From positions 128,001 through 192,000 of the forward strand of contig OY969926.1 in the NCBI GenBank assembly GCA_963704645.1: a DNA stretch of 64,000 nt. The letters are read 5' to 3'. This stretch comes from an uncultured bacterium (GTDB lineage Bacteria; Patescibacteriota; JACMRA01). Below the pieces are notes generated by a model. That model worked only from the letters and a program-made list of their open reading frames with translations, had not been told where the DNA came from and did no database searches. Both the position numbers and the translations under genes were made by a program. Numbering within the stretch: the stretch's first letter is position 1; each line of letters opens with the position of its first letter. This document shows, one piece after another, positions 19,451-29,006 of the stretch.

Positions 19451-20788
19451 TTATACAGCCTGAATCACTGCCCCGCCCAGCATTCTTGTACCATTATAAA
19501 AAACTATACTTTGGCCTGGAGCAATAGCTCTAACAGCCTCATTAAAAACTACTTTATATCTTCGTATGGACTCTCCACTCTCTGAACCTGTCCCCAATTC
19601 CAAAAAACATTGCACAGCTTGTTGATGGTAACGTACTTGAGCTGAAAGTATAAAATTATCTTGCAATTTATTCTCTAATATTTGTTGAATCAAAGAATCT
19701 TCTACCAGCCAATTAAAATCATCTACATAGCAAAACGTAGCATCTAATATTTCATCTTGTTCGGCATGAGCTACAACAACTTGATTGTTATTTACATCAA
19801 CTTTCTGCACAAACCACGGACCTCCACCTAAGCCTAGTTTATTTCTTTGCCCAATTGTGTATAAATAAGCACCTAAATGTTGACCCAAAACTTTTCCATC
19901 TAAAGTTACAATATCACCCTTCTTTTCACCCAAAGATTGCAGAAGAAGTTCACGAAGTGGTGTTGTACCAATAAAACACAAACCTTGAGAATCTTTTTTA
20001 GCCGCAGTAATTAAGTCATTTTCAGAAGCCAATTTTCTAACCTCATCTTTAGTAGTAAAATCTCCAATTGGAAACAACATCATATTCAATTCCTCCCTAG
20101 GAATTCTCCATAAAAAATAACTTTGATCTTTATTAAAATCATCTCCACGATGAAGTTCCACAGCAAAATTATTTTCTGAAATAATATGCTTGGAAATCGA
20201 ACTATACGGGTCATTGTTGTTAGATTGAGAGTTCTGTTGGTCAACATGAGTGCTTGACTCTATATTTTCAACTCTTTTAGCATAATGTCCTGTTGCTACA
20301 AAATCTGCCCCTAGCTTTTTAGCTTTCTTTAAAAATAAACCAAATTTTATTACCGAATTGCACATTACATCAGGATTTGGAGTTAAACCATTTTGGTAAC
20401 TTTGAAGCATGTATTCCACAACTTTTTTCTTGTATTCTTCTTCAAAATCCCAGACAAAAAAAGGAATTTCTAGTTTGGCCGCAACCAAAGAAGCATCTAA
20501 GGAATCTTGCTCCCAAAAACAACCGTATAAATTTCTGTCTACTCCCAACTCATCTAAAGCTTGAATGGACCAGCATTTCATGAAAACTCCAACAACTTTA
20601 TAACCTTCCTGCTTCAATTTCAAGGCAGCCACAGAGGAATCTACACCACCACTCATCATTACAAAAACAGTTTTGGTGGAATTTTTGGAGACTAAGTTTC
20701 CAGTTGCAGACCCATCATTATTTAAAAGCGATGTTTCACTTCCTCCCAATTTTTGATTATTTAAGATTGTTGAATCTGTTTTAGTCAT
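19451..20788 (-). CDS. mnmA: tRNA 2-thiouridine(34) synthase
   Basis: MSGGVDSSVAA, TPNPDVMCN, ATGHYA, KDQSYFL, KKDSQGLCF, YTIGQR, APGQ. Confidence 0.95.
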   Translation of the reverse strand: MTKTDSTILNNQKLGGSETSLLNNDGSATGNLVSKNSTKTVFVMMSGGVDSSVAALKLKQEGYKVVGVFMKCWSIQALDELGVDRNLYGCFWEQDSLDASLVAAKLEIPFFVWDFEEEYKKKVVEYMLQSYQNGLTPNPDVMCNSVIKFGLFLKKAKKLGADFVATGHYAKRVENIESSTHVDQQNSQSNNNDPYSSISKHIISENNFAVELHRGDDFNKDQSYFLWRIPREELNMMLFPIGDFTTKDEVRKLASENDLITAAKKDSQGLCFIGTTPLRELLLQSLGEKKGDIVTLDGKVLGQHLGAYLYTIGQRNKLGLGGGPWFVQKVDVNNNQVVVAHAEQDEILDATFCYVDDFNWLVEDSLIQQILENKLQDNFILSAQVRYHQQAVQCFLELGTGSESGESIRRYKVVFNEAVRAIAPGQSIVFYNGTRMLGGAVIQAV

Positions 20789-20811
20789 TATAATCCGATT
20801 TCAACACAGCC

Positions 20812-21237
20812 CTATATTACTGTCCAATCTTCCAATTTCAAATTGGCTATATGTTTAAAGTCTTGGTCATTGCTTACAATTGTATAGCCAAATTCTAAAG
20901 CTGTCGCGGCTGCCATTAAGTCAAAATCTCCAACTGAAAAACCTTTTTCTAATGTTTCAACTTTAATTTTTATATATTTTTCTGCAATTTCTTTTGTATA
21001 ATTAATTATCTTTAAAGTGTCTAAATGTTTTTTTGTTTCATTGAATATTCTTTTTTTGTACTCAGGACCATATTTACTTATACCTTTTTGAATTCCAAAC
21101 AAAATCTCTTGATAAGTAATTATAGATAAATACAGGTCTTCTCCTGTACTAAATTTTCTCATATTTATTTTAATATTTTCACCTTCAGAATCTTCTTTTA
21201 TAATATGATTAATAATATTTACATCCAAAAGATACAT
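20812..21237 (-). CDS. vapC: PIN-domain VapC-like toxin
   Basis: MYLLDVNII, SIITYQEILFG, FDLMAAATALE, IVSNDQDF, LEDW; true start ATG 21237. Confidence 0.88.
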   Translation of the reverse strand: MYLLDVNIINHIIKEDSEGENIKINMRKFSTGEDLYLSIITYQEILFGIQKGISKYGPEYKKRIFNETKKHLDTLKIINYTKEIAEKYIKIKVETLEKGFSVGDFDLMAAATALEFGYTIVSNDQDFKHIANLKLEDWTVI

Positions 21238-21250
21238 AATAAATAAATAT

Positions 21251-21267
21251 AGTAATATCGTATTACT
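21251..21267. promoter_or_regulatory. palindromic operator-like box 1 (vapC side)
   Basis: AGTAATA-TCG-TATTACT perfect inverted repeat just inside minus-strand TTGACA (21270-21275). Confidence 0.6.
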
Positions 21268-21361
21268 TATGTCAAATAAAATATGCTTATATATCAAATA
21301 TTTACCTACTTTATTATCTGTATTGGACAAAAATAGTTTTTTGTTTTAGTATTATTTTAAC

Positions 21362-21378
21362 AATAATATTGTATTACT
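21362..21378. promoter_or_regulatory. operator-like box 2 (RHH side)
   Basis: AATAATATTGTATTACT, 15/17 identical to box 1, abutting the ATG at 21380. Confidence 0.55.
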
Positions 21379-21379
21379 T

Positions 21380-21646
21380 ATGCAACCAACTATTTCTCTA
21401 AAACTTGATTCAGATATGCTAGACGGACTAAAAAAAATGTCTAGGGCTCGCAGTATTTCTATGTCCAGTTTAGCCCGCGAGGCTTTTAGTGAAAAGCTAA
21501 ATTATAAGACTAAAAAACAGATCGAGCCAGAAATTTTCAAACTATTTGGTATTGCAAAGACAACAGAAGAAAAAAAATATATTAGCGATGTATTTCAAGA
21601 AATAGAAAACAGAAAGAAAAATCCTAATGTCGGTAAAAAATTCTAA
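21380..21646 (+). CDS. ribbon-helix-helix (CopG-like) protein, probable antitoxin
   Basis: TISLKLD..LKKMSRARSISMSSLAREA RHH, then KLFGIAK-type antitoxin tail. Confidence 0.75.
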   Translation: MQPTISLKLDSDMLDGLKKMSRARSISMSSLAREAFSEKLNYKTKKQIEPEIFKLFGIAKTTEEKKYISDVFQEIENRKKNPNVGKKF

Positions 21647-21653
21647 ACCAAAA

Positions 21654-21800
21654 ATGACAACTATATCATTTAAAATAGATAAAGTCATAGCAGAAAAAAT
21701 AAAAGCCACTGCAAAATCTAGGGGAATTAGCATGTCTGCATATATTAGAGAATGTATTGAAAATTATTTAAGAATGGAGGAGGGTTTATTGAAAAAATAA
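21654..21800 (+). CDS. second small RHH protein (48 aa, not in ORF track)
   Basis: MTTISFKIDKVIAEKIKATAKSRGISMSAYIRECIENYLRMEEGLLKK; paralog of the upstream RHH. Confidence 0.7.
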   Translation: MTTISFKIDKVIAEKIKATAKSRGISMSAYIRECIENYLRMEEGLLKK

Positions 21801-21860
21801 ACAAACATTTCAAAACGGAAGAAAAAATTATAAACTAAGAAATGTCAATTTATAAGTGCC

Positions 21861-23024
21861 TTAGTTTAGCTCAAGTTTACACCCTCTACTCAAAAACTCT
21901 AAAGTTGCGCCGCCGCCTGAAGACACGAAAGTAAATTTATTTAAAATATTTTCTGGAATTGCAGCTACACTATCTCCTCCGCCAAGTACTGCATGTACGC
22001 CTAAGTTAGATATAAATTCAGCAATTTCTAATGTTCCTTTTGCGTATTCGGGCTGTTCGTATTGACCCAATGGCCCATTCCAAAAAACAGACTTAGCGGT
22101 TAACAAGTGTTCCTTAAAAAATTGAATCGAGTTTGGCCCAATATCTTTCGCATTATTTAAACTAGGAACAAAATCAGTAGCTAGAACTAACTTATCTTTA
22201 TATTTTTCTATAATATTGGAAGCCAAATTTAATTCTTCTTGGCTACAATTAGTTTTAATTTTTTTCATCACGTTAAGAAACGGGAAGCAAATTGTTCCAC
22301 CTAGCATAACTTTATCTACTTTAGGAAGTAAACTTTCTAATAATGGCAGTTTGGTGGCTAATTTAGCACCTCCTAAAACTAAAATAAACGGACGAATTGG
22401 GGATTTTAGAAAATAACTTAGATTGTTAACTTCTTTTTCGTAATGAAAACCTAAAGTATGTGGTAAAAATTCCTTTATTTCAGTATTGGTTGCATCATTT
22501 CTATGAGAAGAAATAAAACATTCATCTACAAAAACATCAGCCAATTTAGCATACTGACTAGCTAGTTGTAGCCTATCTTCAGAATTAATCGTAAACTCGT
22601 TGCTATCAAAATAAATATTTTCAAGCAAAACAATACTTTTAAAGGGTAGATTATCAATAGTATTCTTTGCCTTAGAAAAACCTTCTTCAAACTGACTCAC
22701 AAAATGAATTTTTATATCGTGATTTAAACCTTGCTCAGCTAAATCGTAGGTTTCGTTCGTATTTATATCTTGTGGCTTTAAGTAACTATATAAAAACTTA
22801 TTGAATTCGAGGTTTAAAATTTCAACAATCTTAATAAAACTTAAATCTAGATCAACCCCATCTGGCCTTCCCCACTTACTAATTAAAACAATCTTATTTT
22901 TATTTCTTAAAAGTGTATTAATTGTTTCAAAGGAACTTTTTATTCTATCTAAAGTATTTAAGTTTGGAATATCAAAACCTACTCTTACTAAAACCGTTTT
23001 ATTAAAAATAGAATTAATTTCCAT
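21861..23024 (-). CDS. pgk: phosphoglycerate kinase (divergent N-domain)
   Basis: LGGAK, DIGP, FWNGPLG, GGGDS, SSGGGATLEFL; ATG at 23024 preferred. Confidence 0.85.
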   Translation of the reverse strand: MEINSIFNKTVLVRVGFDIPNLNTLDRIKSSFETINTLLRNKNKIVLISKWGRPDGVDLDLSFIKIVEILNLEFNKFLYSYLKPQDINTNETYDLAEQGLNHDIKIHFVSQFEEGFSKAKNTIDNLPFKSIVLLENIYFDSNEFTINSEDRLQLASQYAKLADVFVDECFISSHRNDATNTEIKEFLPHTLGFHYEKEVNNLSYFLKSPIRPFILVLGGAKLATKLPLLESLLPKVDKVMLGGTICFPFLNVMKKIKTNCSQEELNLASNIIEKYKDKLVLATDFVPSLNNAKDIGPNSIQFFKEHLLTAKSVFWNGPLGQYEQPEYAKGTLEIAEFISNLGVHAVLGGGDSVAAIPENILNKFTFVSSGGGATLEFLSRGCKLELN

Positions 23025-23028
23025 TAAA

Positions 23029-23460
23029 TTATTTTTTTGAAATTCCTGGGAATACTTTGTTTTTAAAATATGTGTATTCAATATTCCAATTTTGAATAAA
23101 GTATTTAATAATGAAGTACATTAAAACTGCAAACCAAATAAATCCAACAAAAATCCAAACTCTAGCACCTAAAAATCCAACTTGAATGTTTCTTAAAACA
23201 AACCATGTTAAACCTAAAATTCCCATCCATATAAAATTGTCGCTCCAAGTTGGGAACTTCTTTTGAAGTGGGTGCTGATCATTTAAGAAAGCTTGGGATA
23301 CTTTCATGCAAACACCTAAAACGAAAAATGATGTAAACAAATATAAAAATAAGTTATAGAAGAAACCATTTGTTACTAAAGCTGGGGTAGCAGAAACACC
23401 GCCGGCAATGCCTTCTAACCAATACTTTAAATCGGTAACTTTAGACCAGTCAATGTTCAT
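23029..23460 (-). CDS. three-TM membrane hypothetical protein
   Basis: Hydrophobic helices, FLGARVW motif. Confidence 0.7.
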   Translation of the reverse strand: MNIDWSKVTDLKYWLEGIAGGVSATPALVTNGFFYNLFLYLFTSFFVLGVCMKVSQAFLNDQHPLQKKFPTWSDNFIWMGILGLTWFVLRNIQVGFLGARVWIFVGFIWFAVLMYFIIKYFIQNWNIEYTYFKNKVFPGISKK

Positions 23461-23478
23461 ATTTGTAAAATATTATGC

Positions 23479-24399
23479 TTATAGTGTGTTTATATAATCC
23501 TGAACTTCTTTTACGGCTTTTTCAGAAATTCCTGCAAGATCAGCAACTTCATCTTTCCTAGCTAGCAATTCTTCCTTAGTTGTAATTCCATTCTTTTCTA
23601 AAATTCCTTTTACCTTTTTAGATAAATCTAACTCATCAGCTACAACTATGTTTTCTGATTGTGTTAAAGCTGGTACTGCTGCAGTTGCCTGTCCAGCTAG
23701 GAAGCTAGATTGAATATTGTTGAACAAATCAACTGAGAGTTTCAAGCCATACTCTACAATTTCATTTATATCTACTGTGGAATCAGTTTCAATATCCATC
23801 TCAATTTTTTCAAAGTTTGTTTTATCATTAACACGAACTTGAGTTACATTTAAAGCAACGTTTACAACAGGACTAAACAAAGCATCTACTAAAATATCTT
23901 GTGGACTTGATGCATCTGATTGGTTTACTTGTTCAATAGAAAAATATCCAAAACCTTGAGTAACCTCAATTTCAATTTCAATTTTTCCATCTTTATCCAA
24001 CGAACAAATATATGTATCTGGATTAACAATTTTTGCCTTAGCATTTTTTTGGAAATCGGAAGCTAAAACTTGTCCTTGCCCTGTTTTGGTAAGTAACATT
24101 GTTGCTTTTTCATCACCCGCATCTAAAGAAAAACCAATGCCTTTTAAGTTTAAAACTATATCCATTACATCTTCTACAACTCCAGGAATTGTTTGATATT
24201 CATGAGTTACATTATTAATTCTAATTTTAGTAATCGCATATCCAGGAATAGATGATAGAAAAATTCTTCTCAATGAATTACCTAAAGTATAGCCAAAACC
24301 TGGCAATAAAGGTTCTATTGTTAAAGTATGTTTAGTATCTGAGTGAGATAGTACGCTAGTTTTAATTGATGGGTAGCTTAGGTGTAAATTAGAAAGCAT
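23479..24399 (-). CDS. rpoA: RNA polymerase subunit alpha
   Basis: IEPLLPGFGYTLGNSLRR, HEYQTIPGVVED, VDALFSPV. Confidence 0.95.
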   Translation of the reverse strand: MLSNLHLSYPSIKTSVLSHSDTKHTLTIEPLLPGFGYTLGNSLRRIFLSSIPGYAITKIRINNVTHEYQTIPGVVEDVMDIVLNLKGIGFSLDAGDEKATMLLTKTGQGQVLASDFQKNAKAKIVNPDTYICSLDKDGKIEIEIEVTQGFGYFSIEQVNQSDASSPQDILVDALFSPVVNVALNVTQVRVNDKTNFEKIEMDIETDSTVDINEIVEYGLKLSVDLFNNIQSSFLAGQATAAVPALTQSENIVVADELDLSKKVKGILEKNGITTKEELLARKDEVADLAGISEKAVKEVQDYINTL

Positions 24400-24468
24400 A
24401 ATTGTTCTTTAGTTCTGGCATTTCATTTGATTAATGTCAATTTAATGTGTATTTTTGTTTTAATTGTT

Positions 24469-24545
24469 TGGTGGGTGTGAGAGGATTCGAACCTCTGACC
24501 TCTTCATTATCAGTGAAGTGCTCTAACCAGCTGAGCTACACACCC
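24469..24545 (-). tRNA. tRNA-Ile (GAT)
   Basis: GGGTGTGTAGCTCAGCTGGTTAGAGCACTTCACTGATAATGAAGAGGTCAGAGGTTCGAATCCTCTCACACCCACCA; full cloverleaf, encoded CCA. Confidence 0.95.
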
Positions 24546-24562
24546 ATTCCTTAGCTGTTACG

Positions 24563-24979
24563 CTAAGAGTTTAACATTTCTTTAACTCCTTTAGTTAAGT
24601 AAATAGAACTGTCAAAAGTTAATTTACTAGTAAATTCAGAATTCTTAATTATTCTTACTTCTCTAATAACTTCACTAATAATTCCTTTTTCAAGCAAAGA
24701 TGTTAAGCTAACTACTTCGTTTTCGGCGAAAACGCTTAAAACAGAAGTTGGAATAGCTACTCTAAATCTGTTTGGCCTTGCTTTAAATCCTTTAAACTTA
24801 GGTGATCTTCTTGATAAAGACTTTTGCCCTCCTTCAAACCAGATTGGCACTTTACCGCCATGCTTAGTTTGACCTTTATGTCCTTTACCAGCATTTTTAC
24901 CACGGTTTGAACCTTCACCTTTACCAATTCTTTTTCTTTTCTTTGGAACAATTTTTTCAATATTCGATAAATTAAACAT
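24563..24979 (-). CDS. rplO: 50S ribosomal protein L15
   Basis: KRIGKG..GKNAGKGHKGQ, FEGGQ. Confidence 0.92.
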   Translation of the reverse strand: MFNLSNIEKIVPKKRKRIGKGEGSNRGKNAGKGHKGQTKHGGKVPIWFEGGQKSLSRRSPKFKGFKARPNRFRVAIPTSVLSVFAENEVVSLTSLLEKGIISEVIREVRIIKNSEFTSKLTFDSSIYLTKGVKEMLNS

Positions 24980-24982
24980 ATA

Positions 24983-25624
24983 CTAATTACTATTATTTGT
25001 TATTGTAGCAGCTGGTTCTTCTGCAACAGCAGTTTCAACTACGACTTCCTCTTCGTCGCCATCTGAATCTGAATTATTTACTAGAGTGGCTAGAATCGTG
25101 TCAGGCTCAGCTACAATTTCATATTCGGAAGAAAGATCTAAATCTTGAACTCTAATCATATCTGAAAGAGAAACTAATTTAGATAAATCAACGTCAATTG
25201 CTTCAGGTAACTTGTCTGGTAAAGCTTCTACTTCAATTTCTTGAAGAGGTGTCATTAAAACAGCTCCGTATTCTTTTACAGCTGGTGATTCTCCAATAAA
25301 ATTAATAGCAACAGTAGCAGTAACTTTTCTCTTTAAATTAACCAATAGTAAATCTACGTGACGCAATTTACCTGTAACTGGGTGAATATCCAAACTATTT
25401 ACAATACAAGGATAAACTTTGTTATCTACAGTTACATCAATAACATGAGATTTACCAGCCTCTTTATATGTACGTAGAAATTGCAAGTAGTTTAATTGTA
25501 AAGAAACAGATTCGATATCCTTACTAAATAAAACTGCAGGTAAAATTCCTTGCTTTCTTAATTTTCTTAAGCTGTTACCATGAACAGTTCTTACTTCTGC
25601 TGTAATTTGAGTGTGTTTAGTCAT
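24983..25624 (-). CDS. rplY: 50S ribosomal protein L25 (Ctc type)
   Basis: LRKQGILPAV, HPVTG..HVD, GESPAVK, EALPDKLP. Confidence 0.92.
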   Translation of the reverse strand: MTKHTQITAEVRTVHGNSLRKLRKQGILPAVLFSKDIESVSLQLNYLQFLRTYKEAGKSHVIDVTVDNKVYPCIVNSLDIHPVTGKLRHVDLLLVNLKRKVTATVAINFIGESPAVKEYGAVLMTPLQEIEVEALPDKLPEAIDVDLSKLVSLSDMIRVQDLDLSSEYEIVAEPDTILATLVNNSDSDGDEEEVVVETAVAEEPAATITNNSN

Positions 25625-25629
25625 ATTTT

Positions 25630-26217
25630 CTAGGCGTTCAAATTATAAATTACAAATTTCTCTACTTCAATTTTTTCACCAGTAGATTGACTTATTCTAG
25701 TTATGTAATCTTCAACCGAAACGGAAGAATCTTTTAGGAAGTTTTGAGAAAGCAAACTAAATTCTTCAGCAATTTTCTTTGTCTTACCTTGCAATATCAT
25801 GTCAATTTTGTCTTCAGATTTACCATCATTTATTAATTGTGTTCTAGCAATTTCAATTTCTTTAGCAATAAATTCTGGGTCTACTTGATCTTTGTTTACA
25901 AACTTAGGTTGATAAGCAGCAATATGTAAAGCTAAATCTTTTCCAAATTCTTTGAAAGTGTCAGAGCGTCCAACGAAATCGGTTTCACATTTTACTTCAA
26001 CCATAACTCCAACTCTTCCATCATGGACATAGCCAAAAATACCTCCAAAACTGGTATCCCTATCTTGTCTGGATTGTTGTTTTAAAACGCCTTGTTCTCT
26101 AAGATATTTAATAACTTCTTCTTCGTTGTTACCAGCTTTTTCAATAGCTTTGTTGATATCTTTGATTGGTAAACCAGTCTTATGGCGAATTGATTTTAAT
26201 AGTTCTATATTAGACAT
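25630..26217 (-). CDS. tsf: elongation factor Ts (short form)
   Basis: EVKCETDFVGR, LALHIAAYQP. Confidence 0.93.
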   Translation of the reverse strand: MSNIELLKSIRHKTGLPIKDINKAIEKAGNNEEEVIKYLREQGVLKQQSRQDRDTSFGGIFGYVHDGRVGVMVEVKCETDFVGRSDTFKEFGKDLALHIAAYQPKFVNKDQVDPEFIAKEIEIARTQLINDGKSEDKIDMILQGKTKKIAEEFSLLSQNFLKDSSVSVEDYITRISQSTGEKIEVEKFVIYNLNA

Positions 26218-26944
26218 ATTTATATTTTTCTAATGCTTGGATTGCAGCTTGTACACCTACAATTTTATTTCTACTACCAATTAATTTACTGTAAATATTT
26301 TTTATTCCAGCTAAATCTAAAACTGGTCTTAAGTAACCTCCTGCAATTAAACCTGTACCCGTAGAAGCTGGTTTAAGCATTAAGCAAGCAGATTTATACT
26401 TAAATTGTACTGGAAATGGTAAGGAAGATTGATCAGTAATGTTAATTTTAATTAAACTATCTTTAGCTTTTTTAGTAGCTTTTGCTACAGCTTCTTGATA
26501 ATCCATACCTTTTTTAAGGCCGTAGCCTACTCTTCCAGCCTTATCTCCAACAACAACCAATGCAGAAAATCTCATTCTTTTTCCACCTCTTACAACACGA
26601 GTAACTCTTCTTACTTCAATCACTGCACTGTCTAAGTTAGACATTTCATCATCTTGCTTTCTAGCATCTCTAGCAGGCCTTCTATTTCCCCTGTTGAAAC
26701 CACCACCTGATGAAGGAGTTGAATTACCACCAGCATTGTTAGGTCTTGGTTGTCCAGGTGTAAAAGTTCTTTTTCTATTAGGATCAAATGGTCTTCTTTG
26801 AGCTGCCCCTGAAGAACCTGTTTTATTAAAACCAGTTTGTTGAGGATAGCTTCTTCTATTTTCAGAACCAGTTGAATTACCCCCATTAGTATTTGGTTTT
26901 ACCTCTGGTGCTGGGTTTAATTTGGGTTGATTGTTAACTTCCAT
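26210..26944 (-). CDS. rpsE: 30S ribosomal protein S5 with long low-complexity N-terminal extension
   Basis: RRVTRVVRGGKRMRFSALVVVGD, PASTGTGLIAGG. Confidence 0.95.
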   Translation of the reverse strand: MEVNNQPKLNPAPEVKPNTNGGNSTGSENRRSYPQQTGFNKTGSSGAAQRRPFDPNRKRTFTPGQPRPNNAGGNSTPSSGGGFNRGNRRPARDARKQDDEMSNLDSAVIEVRRVTRVVRGGKRMRFSALVVVGDKAGRVGYGLKKGMDYQEAVAKATKKAKDSLIKINITDQSSLPFPVQFKYKSACLMLKPASTGTGLIAGGYLRPVLDLAGIKNIYSKLIGSRNKIVGVQAAIQALEKYKYV

Positions 26945-26946
26945 AT

Positions 26947-27267
26947 TTAAATTTGAATATTATTTTTTCTAATTGCTTCAGCTACAGCAGCAACTCTACC
27001 TTCGTAGATAAATCCATTTCTATAAAAAACGACTTGTTCAAAATTTTGTGACTTTAAAAATTGTGCAATGCTATCGCCAACTTTTTGCGACTTTTCTGTT
27101 TTAGTACCTGTCATCTTAAAAGAATTAACTTGGCATAAAGTTTTTTTAGTAATTGGTTCTAGAACCTGTGCAGAAATGTGCTGATTACTTCTATTTACTA
27201 AAACTACAGGAAGATCAAAATTAATTTTTACTAAACTACGTCTCTTTTTAATATTTTTGCTTGGCAT
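26947..27267 (-). CDS. rplR: 50S ribosomal protein L18
   Basis: RSNQHISAQ, VVFYRNGFIYEGRVAAVAEAIR. Confidence 0.9.
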   Translation of the reverse strand: MPSKNIKKRRSLVKINFDLPVVLVNRSNQHISAQVLEPITKKTLCQVNSFKMTGTKTEKSQKVGDSIAQFLKSQNFEQVVFYRNGFIYEGRVAAVAEAIRKNNIQI

Positions 27268-27280
27268 ATCTTATATTTTA

Positions 27281-27823
27281 TTATTTACCTTTTTTACCGA
27301 CTTTCTTTCTATAAACTCTTCCTGGGAATTTAAATCCTTTGTGCTTGTACACTTCACATGGTTTCATGTTGTGGACATTAGTGAAAAAATCACCAATCAA
27401 ATGTTTATCATTACATTCTCCAGATAGTACATTTTTATTTAATGTAAGTTTTACTCCAGTAGGAATATCTACAACCACAGGGTGAGAGAAACCAATATGT
27501 AATGTTAACTTTTCAGCTAATTCCATTTTGTATCCAACACCGTTAAGTTCAAGTTCTTTTTTGAAGCCGTTAGTTACACCTTCAATTAAATTTGAAACGA
27601 TTGCACGCGTGGTTCCCCAAACAGCTTTTTGAGATGAGTTGTTTTCATCTTTAATTTTTACTGAAAGAATTTTATCTTCTTCTGAAAAAGATATAACAGT
27701 GTTAATTTTTTCAAGCTTAAGCTCTCCACGAGGGCCTCGGACTAAAACTACTCTGTTAATTTCATCAAAATTAAAGGTTACGTTATTTGGTATTGTGATT
27801 ATTTTTTTGCCTATTCTGGACAT
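27281..27823 (-). CDS. rplF: 50S ribosomal protein L6
   Basis: MSRIGK, GPRGEL, GVGYK, GFSHPV. Confidence 0.95.
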   Translation of the reverse strand: MSRIGKKIITIPNNVTFNFDEINRVVLVRGPRGELKLEKINTVISFSEEDKILSVKIKDENNSSQKAVWGTTRAIVSNLIEGVTNGFKKELELNGVGYKMELAEKLTLHIGFSHPVVVDIPTGVKLTLNKNVLSGECNDKHLIGDFFTNVHNMKPCEVYKHKGFKFPGRVYRKKVGKKGK

Positions 27824-27871
27824 ATCAATGGCTTTTTAAAAGAAATTTGTATATTTGGTGTTGTCAAGATT

Positions 27872-28243
27872 TTAAAATACTTGGAAAAGCAGCTCACCAC
27901 CTGTCTTTTCTTTTTGTGCTTCATAGCTAGTTTTAATGCCAGTGGAAGTTGAAAGGATATTAAATCCAATTCCACCTACAATTCTAGGCATTTCAGTATA
28001 AGAAGTGTAAACTCGAAGGCCTGGCTTAGAAATTCTTTTGAGTTTGTGAACTTTACTTAAATTTAAGTTAATTACAACTTCTCTATCTGCAGCTTCAAAA
28101 GATTCAAAATATCCTAATCTCGTAAGTTTTTTACACAAATTCAAAATAAGATTATTTTTTAATACTTTTACTTCTTTTTTATCAACCATAATAGAGTTAT
28201 TTACTCTGGCTGCGAAGTCGCTTGTTAAATCATTCATTGACAT
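27872..28243 (-). CDS. rpsH: 30S ribosomal protein S8
   Basis: RISKPGLRVY, ILSTSTG, GGELL. Confidence 0.93.
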   Translation of the reverse strand: MSMNDLTSDFAARVNNSIMVDKKEVKVLKNNLILNLCKKLTRLGYFESFEAADREVVINLNLSKVHKLKRISKPGLRVYTSYTEMPRIVGGIGFNILSTSTGIKTSYEAQKEKTGGELLFQVF

Positions 28244-28255
28244 ATATATAGTTTA

Positions 28256-28441
28256 TTATCTGCTGCTTTTAAAGAATCCGTTTAATTCACCTGCATTCGC
28301 TGCTTCACGAATACAAATTCTGCACATATCAAAAAATTTAATATATCCGTGAACTCTGCCACACTTTTTACATCTTCTAACTAATCTAGTTGAAAATTTT
28401 GGTGTTTTATTTGCTTTAATTATTAATGCTTTTCTTGCCAT
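28256..28441 (-). CDS. rpsN: 30S ribosomal protein S14 (zinc-binding type)
   Basis: RCKKCGR, CRICIRE. Confidence 0.93.
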   Translation of the reverse strand: MARKALIIKANKTPKFSTRLVRRCKKCGRVHGYIKFFDMCRICIREAANAGELNGFFKSSR

Positions 28442-28444
28442 ATC

Positions 28445-29002
28445 TTATCTTTTAAATGGGAAATTTAGTTTTTCTAATAGTAATTGGTTGTTTACTGTTG
28501 ATTGTCTGAAAGTAACATTGATTTGCATACCAAAATTAATCGCAGCATCAAAACCTACAGCAGGGAAAATATTTGCGTTTTCCAAACCTAAACTAAAACT
28601 AGAATTGTTAGCGTCAAAAGAGCTTTTAATTCCTTTGAAGTCTCTACTTCTTGGTAAGGCAACGTAAACTAGACCAAGTAGAAAATCGTACATTTTTGAT
28701 CCACGTAAAGTAACCATTAAACCAACAACTTCACCTTTTCTTAGTTTAAAGGCAGCAATAGACTTGGAACTTAAAATAACTTTAGCCTTTTGGCCTGTTA
28801 ATTTTTCAAGATATTCTCCTACCTCTTGCTTTTGCTTAGGATCGTACTTGTTTCCAACACCTACATTAATTGTAATTTTGGAAATAGACGGTAAAGCGAA
28901 AGGGTTGCTTGTACCTAATACTTTACTTAGCTCAGTTTTAGCTGCAGCAGAATATTCAGCTGAAGTAATTTTTAATTCTGTTGTATTTTGTGATTTCGCC
29001 AT
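28445..29002 (-). CDS. rplE: 50S ribosomal protein L5
   Basis: KITINVGVG, KSIAAFKLRKG, ALPRSRDFKG. Confidence 0.93.
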   Translation of the reverse strand: MAKSQNTTELKITSAEYSAAAKTELSKVLGTSNPFALPSISKITINVGVGNKYDPKQKQEVGEYLEKLTGQKAKVILSSKSIAAFKLRKGEVVGLMVTLRGSKMYDFLLGLVYVALPRSRDFKGIKSSFDANNSSFSLGLENANIFPAVGFDAAINFGMQINVTFRQSTVNNQLLLEKLNFPFKR

Positions 29003-29006
29003 AAAT

